DNA of 63,453 bases, the filler included, from Choristocarpus tenellus KU-1152 (taxonomy: Eukaryota > Protista > Phaeophyceae), in the NCBI GenBank assembly GCA_964200185.2. It is 9 parts of 9 records of this genome, joined end to end, with 100 filler letters (N's around TTAATTAATTAA, not from the genome) between each part and the next. Parts side by side here need not be neighbours in the genome. Positions count along the whole stretch, not along the records: positions 52,930 to 57,693 come from CAXNAD020013150.1; positions 57,794 to 60,499 come from CAXNAD020025457.1; positions 60,600 to 63,453 come from CAXNAD020024178.1; 6 more parts are not named here. One strand, given 5' to 3'. Positions 53,625 to 63,453 of this stretch are shown in pieces. The notes under the pieces are model-generated. The model was not told the DNA's origin and searched no databases. It saw only the letters and a list, made by a program, of their open reading frames with translations. The stretch's first letter is position 1; each line of letters starts with the position of its first letter. The position numbers and the translations under genes were made by a program.

Positions 53625-56211
53625 GTGTCTGAGGCAAAGGCCCTCTCTTCCCTTAGGGACATACCCCCCGTGGCTGGAAAAATTTTGTGGGCTCAGCAAA
53701 TGGAGCGCCAGCTGCGCCTTCTTACAGCAAGGCTGTCGGATGTGCTGGGGGCGGGGTGGGAGAATCACGTGGACGGTAGGCCGCTCAAGGCAGTCTGTGA
53801 TGAACTGCTCAGGAACCTTGACACCAATAGGTGGGTGTTGACGTGTGGGGGTGGGTGGGCTAGGGGTGGGGGTAGAGGAATATGCAGGTGTTAGCATCCT
53901 TGTGATGCTAGGGTTAGGTGCCCATTGTATTGGTGTAAATATGTTGTGTATTGTGTTGTACGGTGGTTTGTGAATGTTTGGGGTTATTGATTTGTGGAGG
54001 GGGGTTGCCAGGACTTGGAAGGGGGAAGAGGGAAGTGTTAGGGGGGAAGTGTTCACTCTATTATTGGGTGTCTGTGATGTTTGGACTCTGATTTTACTTA
54101 ACTCTTTTATCAGTGTGTTTATAAAGTTGATTTATTTTTTTACATCATTCCCAAACAGTACCCCTCGATAGTGAGATTCGTTGGATAAGCAATTCGTTGG
54201 GTTTTGCACCTAGTGTTAGGGTTTTTAGGATTAAGGTTTTATGTTGCCGTTTGGGTGGGGAGTTAGTTAGAGACTGTTGAGTTGAGAATTAACCCAAAAC
54301 GTCTTGCTTTTTTGTCTTTACTTGGGGAGGTTTGGGGTTGGGGTTGGGGTTAGGGTTAGGGTTAGGGTTTTGGTTGGGGTTGGGTTTGGGTTCAGGTTTG
54401 GGTGAGGTGCTCTTAGTTGGTATTGTGGAATTGGAGGGGGATGTGACTATGAAATACGCTTGATTAGAAAGTTTCATGGAAAGTTGATTCTTATGGAAAG
54501 TTGATTCCCATGGAAAGTTGTGTAATTTGCAGGTTGTGCCAAGGGCTGGTTGTTGAACAAGTCTGATTTTTTTTGGGGGGGGGGTTGGTTGCTTGTTTGG
54601 CAGACTTGTGTTGGTAGAGTGTTCATTAAGCTTGGTTAGGGTCGGGGTTAGGGTTAGTACGATAACATTATTGTGACTGCAACTCTTTTGTGTTTATGTG
54701 ACGTTTCATCTTTTTTTCAAGCTGCTTTTTTTACTTAGGTACTTTTATGTTATCTTGGTATTTGATGGGACTTCATTAATTAATAGTGCTGGAAGTGTTG
54801 AAAAACTTTATTAATTAATAGTGCTGGAAGTGTTGAAAAACTATATTAATTAATAGTGCTGGAAGTGTTGAAAAACTTTATTAATTAATAGTGCTGAAAG
54901 TGTTGAAAAACTTTATTAATTAATAGTGCTGGAAGTGTTGAAAAAAAAATCTTTCGATTCAGCTGCGAACCCAATCATTTTAGTGTTGAGCATTGATTTT
55001 TTTTTCATTTTTTTTTTGTCAAGTTGATTTTTTGTTTCCAAGAACAGGGTAGCTCTCACAAAGTTTTGGATTGTATGGTGCCATTTTGTGAGCTTTTACT
55101 CCACCCTTGTCCTTCCAATAGATGGGGCTTAGGGTTAGGGTTAGTGTTGAGCAGTTTGCGTGTGTACATTACATGTAGAGCGTGTTGATATGATTGGTTA
55201 CCTTTTGGGTGCTCCATTTTTTCCTTCTGAGCAACACATATTGCACCCTGATATGATGTGACATATCTGCTGATGCAGGGGTTGAGAAAGAATTCAAGAG
55301 CATTTTAGAAGTGTTTTTTAATGAAGAAATTGTATGTATACTTGTTTTTTTAACTATGCATATATTCAGTTCGACCATAGATACATTGTTGTTTACACGA
55401 TGTTGGAGTTAGTTTGTGCCAGGGCGATGGCAAGCTCAATGTGGAACCATTTTAAGGGCCCTGTGATCTATCTAGTCCTTGTGCGAGTTAATCCCCGTAA
55501 TCTGTGTTTATGTGTACATACTATGTACTGTTATTTACCCTTCCGATGCATACATATATTTTTTAAAAGTTTGTTTTACGCGCAACTGCATTGTGTTCAG
55601 TCCCTCTCACACGCATTCTATGCGGTACCGTTTGTATGTACATAGTATGTCTCGTCGAATTATTTATGTACACATAACTTGTGTGGATTTATTTATGTAC
55701 ACATAACTTGTCGAATTATTTATATACACATAACTTGTGTCAAATTATTTATTTGCACATAACTTGTGTCGAATTATTTATACACACATAACTTGCCAAT
55801 GATTTATATACACATAACTTGTGTCGTCGTCGCATGTACAAGAATAGATATGTTTGTGTTGTCCATTATATGCTCTTATCATACGGTGTTTGTCATTCAT
55901 CTCTCTCTGTCTGTGTTTGTGTATGTTTGTATGTTTGTATGTCTGTCTGTCTGTCTGTATGTCTGTCTGTGTGTCTTTGTATGTCTGTCTGTGTGTCTGT
56001 GTGTCTGTGTGTCTGTGTGTCTGTCTGTGTATTTGTGTATGTGTGTATGTGTGTATGTGTGTCTGTGTCTGTTTGTCCTTGTGTGTGTCTCTCTCTGTGT
56101 GTGTGTCTCTCTGTGTGTGTGTGTGTTTGTGTTGTTAGGGTTTATCGGCAGTGGAAGGATGAGTGGGCTGCGCACACTGATGAGGTGTCGCATGACCATA
56201 TGCTACTCAAG
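53625..56211 (+). CDS. DYNC1H1: Cytoplasmic dynein 1 heavy chain, two internal exons of the N-terminal tail (DHC_N1)
   Basis: Exon 53625-53830 encodes RDIPPVAGKILWAQQMERQL...DVLGAGWENHVDGRPLK, matching the cytoplasmic DHC motif RDLPPVSG.I.WA.Q...VLGKGWENHVEG. Phase-compatible exon 56139-56211 (VYRQWKDEW...; donor could instead be 56184). Confidence 0.88.
54775..54945. repeat. 35-bp minisatellite x5
   Basis: ATTAATTAATAGTGCTGGAAGTGTTGAAAAACTTT in tandem with no spacers. Confidence 0.93.
55653..56135. repeat. ~29-bp minisatellite (~6 copies) followed by a TG/TGTC-rich microsatellite
   Basis: GTCGAATTATTTATGTACACATAACTTGT-like units at 55653-55823; (TG)n/(TGTC)n mosaic from ~55900 to 56135, directly upstream of a dynein exon. 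Confidence 0.9.
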
Positions 56212-56602
56212 GTGAAACATGCCCTGGTCGCTGGCTAAGTCTCCTCTTGTTCCTTTGTCACAACTTGGCAGGCGAAATGGATGGGAGGTGTTTCTTGATG
56301 TTTCCATATATGGTTCTGTAACTGCCAATCAATGTGCGTCTCACTCCCAGCTTTTCAAATAGTTTTTTTTTTCTGGTTTAGTCAGCGGTGTGGTACATAC
56401 ATACATGTATATGATTAAGGAAAAAATGTGTTGACGCTGTATGTGGGAACAGTTGTACCGTTTTATCGGTAAATGCCATAGCGTCATACCACTCCGCCGA
56501 CCTCTTTTTTTTTTTGGATGGAAGTTCAGGGTTTTTCGGATTGGTTGGCCTGTTGGACTATACGCATCTACTAATATCAGTGCTTGTTGCGAACTGTGTA
56601 TC

Positions 56603-56925
56603 TCATTAGTTGTTGATATACTCATTGGGCGTATTGAAGTAGTCCCATTGGTTGTTGATGCAGTGATTGGTTGAATTGAAGTACCCTCATTGGTTGTTGA
56701 TGCAGTGATTGGTTGAATTGATGTACCCTCATTGGTTGTTGATACGCTTACTGGGTGCATTGAAATGGTCTCTTTGGTTGTTGATGCAGTGATTGGTTGA
56801 ATTGAAGTACCCTCATTGGTTGTTGATGCAATGATTGGTTGTTGATACGCTTATTGTGTGCATTGAAATGGTCTCTTTGGTTGTTTATCCAGTCATCGGT
56901 TGTCCAGACACCCTCATTAGTTGTA
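56603..56925. repeat. 42-bp degenerate minisatellite
   Basis: CATTGGTTGTTGATGCAGTGATTGGTTGAATTGAAGTACCCT units with a second variant interleaved. Confidence 0.88.
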
Positions 56926-57889
56926 CTAAATTCACTTGTTGATTGTAAATGCAGCCAAAGGTTGTTGACATATCTGCTGCTTGTTACGTCGGTAGGTCAT
57001 CTGTGACTAACACACTTCACCGGTATACTTCACGTAATGGACAACCTCACTCTGGCTACTGTATGTAGATCACAGGATTGCAGCAACCGCAGAACGTTCC
57101 GAACGCACGTGCTAACAAGAAGGCGTTTTTGGCGTTATTGTATTGGTCGAACTTCTCGTTTCATACGGAAAATTCGAGTAGACTTTACCAATGAGAACGC
57201 CGCATCGTGGGTGCTTCATTCAACTCCCACGATGTGAAACATACCATCGCTAAATATTCATTATTTTTATTGTCTCCATAAAAAATAATATGATATGTAT
57301 ATGTAATACTTTATCGTGTGTAATTTTTGTAAAATAATAAAAGTTGTTGCAAAGCTTTTTTGCATCTTGATCTTTTCCCTCAGATCAGACAGACTCAGAC
57401 GATACTTGTTCATTTGAGAGTTCAAACCTTGAGGGAAGCGTCAGTAAGGTTTAAGGACATACTCCAACTTTCTGGTGGATATACTTCTTTTTTGTTGTTG
57501 CTAAGACTCAAATCAGCAGCAGGAGTGGGGGGCGTGTTTTAGCTTTTTTTTGTGGTTACATGCAGTTTTGCAGATCAAATTATTATCATCAATGAGGATG
57601 GACGCCCCTCTTTTCAATGCCTCGCTTGTGTTTTTAAACGGGATGAAACAACCCCTTCTTGGAACAGTCCGGTGGAATGGCCGAAACACTCCCNNNNNNN
57701 NNNNNNNNNNNNNNNNNNNNNNNNNNNNNNNNNNNNNTTAATTAATTAANNNNNNNNNNNNNNNNNNNNNNNNNNNNNNNNNNNNNNNNNNNNCACCCTG
57801 GTGTAGCCCCCCCCCCCCCCTCAGATACTTTGGGTCTCATTTTCACCAACACCTAAACATGTTTCTCTTCACATGTTACTTGCACTAGC

Positions 57890-59557
57890 AGCGAAGATTA
57901 ACTACGGGTTGATCCACAGTGATGGGAAGAAGGCCTTCACATAGGCTGACCTGGAGGAAACCATATATGTGGAACTTCCTGAAGGAAAGGCTAAGTTTGA
58001 TGGGGCAGTGGGTCTACTGAAGAAGTCGCTGTATGGGATAGTCCAGGCTTCTCGGAACTGGAATTTTCTGCTAGTGGAAGCTTTGGTGGAACTGGGATTG
58101 GAGCAATCTGAGGCAGATCCATGTCTATTCAGAATTATTGTGGATGGTAAGGTTGTGATGATCATGATTGCTCATATGAATGACATGCTAATGGCTGAGA
58201 ATCCAAGGGCTGGTTATACCGTGCGTATCATTGAGGGATTTAGTAAGAAGTTCCCGGTGGTAAATTGGGTGAGGTAACCAAATTTATGGGATGCAGGATC
58301 AGTAGGAACAGGAAAACTGGGACACTTGCGGTGGATCAGACCTTGTACATTGGAGAGCTGGCGGAAAGACATGGTATTGGCACCACTTACGAGCTACCGT
58401 CCATCACAAAGCGAGTGGAGCAGGAGGGACCCATTCCAGATGACTATAGATCTATGATTGGTGGTAATACAATGGGCTGCTATCATGACTTGGCCTGATG
58501 TATCATTTGCAGTTAGAGAGTTGGCTTCGTGTGTGGAGAATCCAAGTTGGTCTAATTGGTTAAATGCTAGGAGAGTGATTGGGTACCTATTGGGTACTAA
58601 AGAGCATGGAATTACCTTTGGTGATTTTGGATTTATGGTATTGGACCAAGGGAACAGTTAATTGTCCATACAGATGCCGACTATGCTATAACTGCAAAGA
58701 CAGTAGATTGTCTATTTCTGGGGGTGTTGTTATGTTTGGGGGAGGATGTGTCGATTGGTGGTCGAGAAAGCAGAAACCAGTTACATTGTCTACTGCTGAG
58801 GCTGAGTATGTTGCACTGTGTGAGTTGGGGAAAGAGGTTATGTTCCTCAAGCAAGTGCACATGTTCATGCAACCACAATGTAAAGATTACTCGGTGTTAG
58901 TGTTTGAGGACAATGATGGTGCAACAAAAATTTCACAGAAGACAGTATCTGGTGGTAGAACTAAGCACATAGACAGTAGGTACCACTATGTACGACAGCT
59001 AGAGAGGGAAAGGAAAGCAAGAATTGGATATGTACCTACGAAATTTCAACATGCAGATCTTATTATCAAGGGTTTGTCTAAGGAATTATCCAATAGGCAT
59101 GCAGATATCATTGTGGGTAATGTGTGATACAATATGATGATTGTGTTTTGAGGTGATATTTTCACTTGAAGTTCAAAGCAGGGGTGTGTGTTAAGAATAT
59201 GCTTTTTATTCATGTGTAAAAGATGATTCTGTAGGAGAAACATTGAGTTGTTGAACTATTGTTGGATAACGGGATAACTGATAGTAATGTCTTTGTCGGG
59301 TGACTACGAAAATATTATCCGGGTTATTATAGTACAGCAAGAAGAATCCTAGAAAAGGAATGTTGTAGCAAATAACATAGGAAGCAACACAGGTCAAGTG
59401 ACGAGTTATTAGTAATCAATGATGAGTGAAAGGTTTATTACCCCCCTTCTTAAACAATGTATCTCACTTCAACTCTCTACCTCCTACAACATAACTGAGA
59501 AGGAATTAATTTACATATTTCAATATCAAGATTTGGTATTCTACACATTCTTTAACA
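57890..59557 (+). mobile_element. Ty1/copia retrotransposon 3' part (RT, RNase H, 3' LTR), frameshifted
   Basis: Motifs LKKSLYGIVQASRNW, EADPCLF, WSRKQKPVTLSTAEAEYVAL, FEDNDGA, RTKHIDSRYHYVR and QHADLIIKGL. A purine-rich tract precedes the LTR. Confidence 0.93.
59189..59557 (+). repeat. Putative 3' LTR
   Basis: Begins TGTTAAGAAT and ends ATTCTTTAACA (TG...CA with short inverted termini), just after AAAGCAGGGG. Confidence 0.65.
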
Positions 59558-59646
59558 ATCAGCATCCTTAAAATGCAAGCAACTCTCTCGGTACCTCGCG
59601 TTTACTTTGACTCAACGGAGAAATCTGATGCAACCGAAGTGCTCCA

Positions 59647-59917
59647 GAGTGAAATAAAATTATCTTATTAAGAGAGGGTACGAGTTTTGCCCTGTTTGTC
59701 CGTTTGGGGCTTGGCTTCCCACGTTTTTTTCATTGACATTTTCCTACTGAAAAAATGTTTCGGAGTAGGTAAAATGTGTATGTTATGAAAAAGGTGTGTC
59801 CGAAACATAGATATTGATACTTCCTAACAAACACGATAGCCAAAATTATATCAAAATCGCAACATTGGATTTTGGCCCCCATACGAACGCGGCTCTACTC
59901 TCTAAGATACTTTGACT
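59647..59917 (-). mobile_element. MITE family A copy (reverse orientation)
   Basis: Ends TACTCTCTAAGATACTTTGACTC; internal sequence matches 14019-14293. Confidence 0.8.
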
Positions 59918-60064
59918 CAAAAACCGAAAAACCGAACTAGACGACCTTCGATGTGACCTTCTTGTAACAAAAAGATCAGACAGGTCCACCACTCTGGACA
60001 CCCTGTCCAGAACTACTATGCTGCTGCAACAGCCACCCAGCCCTCTGCAACACAACGAAGTGTT

Positions 60065-60365
60065 GACTCAAAAAACAATTAAGAGGGTTAGGGTAGGGCC
60101 ACATCTGTTCGGGTTCGTAAATCCAATGTTTGCGATTTTGATGTAATTTTGGTTGTCTTGTTTGTTAGCAAATGTCAATTATCCTTGCTCCAGACACACC
60201 TTTTCATAGTTGTGCACATTTTACTTACTCATGAAATGTTTTGGAGTAGGGTAACTGTGTTCACACAGAAAACCGAAAAATGAGCATAAAAAACCCGTTG
60301 GGAGCAAAGCCCCGAACGGACAAACAGGGAGGGGTATATTCCTACCCTCTTAGACACTTTGGGTC
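60065..60365 (+). mobile_element. MITE family A copy
   Basis: GACTCAAAA...TTAAGAGGGTTAGGGTAG ... CTACCCTCTTAGACACTTTGGGTC, flanked by GTT/GTT. Confidence 0.78.
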
Positions 60366-62226
60366 GTTCCAACGAATCGGGACGACCACAGGGATGATTC
60401 TTTGATGGGCAGAAAAAAAGGTGTTCTATAGGGTTAGGATCAACCGGCTGTCACCTGCAGAGTAGCCCCATTTATCGGCATATTGCGCAGATTCACCCGN
60501 NNNNNNNNNNNNNNNNNNNNNNNNNNNNNNNNNNNNNNNNNNNTTAATTAATTAANNNNNNNNNNNNNNNNNNNNNNNNNNNNNNNNNNNNNNNNNNNNC
60601 CCCCCCAAGTCTCTCATATGCCCTGTCCTCGTTAGATTCGTGGATGGAAAGTTAAGTCATTAGCAAGGCGATATTCTATCGACTAAGAAAACATCGGCGT
60701 GATTGACTGCAGAGTCGACAACAATAGTTCACGTAGGACCCAAACAGAGGCGGGGTAACTTGCTGAGATGATCAATTGATTGAATATCACCTCCTCAGTT
60801 CTTGGCCTCAATTCGTGGTGGTGTGATTGAATAGTAGTGATTGAGGTGGTGTGATGCGCTAGACTCCTTTTGAAAAGTTTTTTTTTTCTTACTCAGACAA
60901 AAACAAATTCTTCTTGCGAAAGAGGTGACTTCCTCTCTTGCACCTTTCTTATTCTACTGCCTACTTTATGCCTGTGCTATCTTATACGTATGTGTATCTT
61001 GAGTCGGGCTTGTGACTTTTATTTGACTGACTCCTTTTGTGTCTTTATATTATATGTTAAATATTAAAAAAAAAGAAAAAAAAAAAGAACAAATCCGGAC
61101 ACTAATTGTAACCCTGGCTCATGAGTCGAGATAGAATCATGTAAAGTCGTTTGAACAAGAAGCTGCAGACCCTACTGGATATCCCATGTGTCTAGTTGTC
61201 AACTGTATCCGAAATGGCCTCCTACTTGTTCTCACTAGGGAAACGTTTATGATGTGGCCCATGACCCCCACATCTCCCATGGTCACTCGGAAGAGCTTTG
61301 CGGTTGGTGCAAGAAAAGATATGATGCATTGTGTTGGTGTGTCTTCTAGCCAAGTGCAGGAGTTGGTTCAGTAGTTCTTCGCCACTGTAGTTAGCAACTC
61401 CATGTCAGTGAAGGTGCCTCTCTGCCAGAGACTGCTGGAAGATGAATTTGCTTTGTTCCATTATGTGCAGACGGGGTGTTTACCCTGTGCATAATTGCAA
61501 AGTTTCAAGGTTATAGCCGCCTTCTTTTTTTTCAAAGTATAGATAATGGAATGATCCGTTGGTTGGGCAGTGGTTTGGATGCTCAGTGACTCGCACACTA
61601 GTGCACAATGTGGCTCAGAGCTCCCTTTGAAGTGCCATCAAACGGAGACACCCTGGAAGGCTGTTTTGACATCGTGATTCCAACGCAAGCAGATCTCCGT
61701 TTGTTTGGATTGCACCAACTAGTTCCGATGTTTTGAGGGACTGAAATAACCAGATAGTATGTTGTGCCCTTTCTTTTTTATTTAGGACTCATGCAGAATG
61801 GGAATCTGGTGATACCCCCAAGACACCCGATTTTTCAGTAGGTGTTGTGGTTATTACCAGGTGCTCTTTTGTGGGCTGTTGGACAGCTCAGTAAAAGAGA
61901 GGGGGGGGGGGGCTGGCCATTGCTCTAAAAATAATTCTTGACTGTAAGAGGTGGATAAATCAGTGGCTTGCCTTTCCTGAGGGCGGTGTTGGAATATAAC
62001 AAAACCCAAACAAAAGAAGCAACTTTAAACACAGAAATTGCCTCTTTAGGATTTGAACAGTACGTTTCGGCACGGCAGTCACTGGGTGCTGTCATGAGGC
62101 TCATTTTTTTATGTCGATGTCACTCAATGTAAAAACGCCTTTTGCTTTTTGCTTGACTGGCATTCCCTTATGGTTTTTAATGCACCACCTTGACTGGCGG
62201 TGGTGGTTGTTGTAACGGTATGACAG

Positions 62227-63129
62227 ACATGGACGGCAGGGAAATTGATGGTGCCAGAGTTGTTGTGCAGCGGGGGCGGGGGCATCGCCCCAACGGACCC
62301 AAGTTTGCCACCAGGCGTACTGAGCACCGGGTTCTTGTTGAAGGGCTGGACTCTCACACTAGTTGGCAAGACCTCAAGGCAAGACTGGGTCTAGACAGTT
62401 TGGGCCAGGGTGGTGTGGATTGGACAGAGTTGTGTGTGTGTGTGTGTGTTATTTTGGAATGCATGTGTGCATTTGTGAAGGTTATGTCTGTCAGCTATCG
62501 GCAGGGATCACCGTGTTGATGTTTGTGGCCTCATAGATATCTATCCCTCCGATTTGAGAATTGTTATTCTTTGAGAAAGAAAATGATGTCAGGAGGTGAA
62601 TCTCATGCCCAGACTTGTGTATGTTGGGATGTGTGTGTGTGTGTGTCTCTCTCTCTTCCCATCCTTCTTCTGTGTTGCTACTCTCTCTCTCTCTCTCTCT
62701 TCGTGACAGGACTTTGGACGGCAGGCGGGGCAGGTTCTCTACAGTGATGTCTTTTTTCGCCATGGAAGGCGTTGGGGTGAGAAACAGAAAAAGAAAAAAA
62801 CAGCAGTTTTATTGTGCACAGCACTAGTATTAATTAATTAATTAATTAACACCACGAGAAGAAGTTTTGTAGGGCAGGAGGTACGGGTTTTGGACAAGAC
62901 GAGTGGCGTAAGAGAATTGAGTTTTGAAATTTGTGAGTATGGATCGGCTGACCGTGGAAGAGGCTGCTTTGTGTGTGATCACTGCTGTTGCCGGCGTTGA
63001 CATGCACTGACCACATGCTACTACTGACTGGCAGGAGTTGTTGAGTACCTTACTCGTGAGGACATGAAGGACGCTGTTCGCAACCTGGATGACACTCGTC
63101 TGGGGGGCAAGTATGTCCGCCTCCGTGAG
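62227..63129 (+). CDS. Serine/arginine-rich splicing factor (SRSF1/4/5/6-type, two RRMs), three internal exons
   Basis: Exons 62227-62378, 62710-62776, 63035-63129. Encodes MDGREIDGARVVVQ...RTEHRVLVEGLDSHTSWQDLK|DFGRQAG...GVVEYLTREDMKDAVRNLDD, including the diagnostic pseudo-RRM SWQDLKD. Confidence 0.92.
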
Positions 63130-63453
63130 GTGAGAATAATAATATATTTTTTGTTCTTTTTCGCTGCCACCACGACAGACACTGCAGGAACTGTACTGCA
63201 CTGCCAGAGCGCTACAGAGTCGAATCTGTGGTGCGGTCATTCCGGTTCTTATTGTTACAATATATATATTCGTCTGTGTGTGTTGCGTGTGTGAAGTCTG
63301 TTGGTGAGCCTTTGACTATATAGTAAACTTAAAAAGCTTTTTTTGAAGCTTTGTTCCCTCCCCCCCCCCAAAAAAAAATAAAATGTTACACGTATCATGT
63401 CTTCTTTTTTTGGGGTTCTGCCAAGGCCTTTCGTGGATGAATCGAAGGGGGGG

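Noticed and set aside
52800-57836. Apparent overlap between the contig end at 52829 and the contig start at 57794
   Set aside because: Both are MITE family B sequence, where assemblies tend to break. This is not evidence of true adjacency.
60420-60470. tRNA-Asp-like fragment (TATAGGGTTAGGATC...CTGTCAC)
   Set aside because: No T-arm/B-box and no acceptor stem could be formed.

Overview
Eukaryotic, intron-rich genomic DNA, not prokaryotic. TTAGGG telomere repeats, short exons, repeat-filled introns and the gene content suggest a stramenopile or brown-alga-like organism (inference). The window is nine unrelated contigs joined by artificial N44-TTAATTAATTAA-N44 linkers, so adjacency across linkers means nothing. 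Spliced genes rebuilt by hand: TTC5 (partial), CAND1 (5' part), PSMG1/PAC1 (complete), a GT77-like glycosyltransferase with a long unrecognised C-terminal region, QTRT2 (nearly complete, head-to-head with the glycosyltransferase), two exons of cytoplasmic dynein heavy chain, three exons of an SR splicing factor (with a GC-AG intron) and an ERICH3-like exon. Also present are three decayed Ty1/copia remnants, many micro- and minisatellites, and interstitial telomere tracts. The most unusual signal is three different short non-autonomous TIR families that share a GRNYCAAAG(TA) terminus but show 3-bp versus 4-bp target duplications. All homology calls come from motif recognition; no database search was run.
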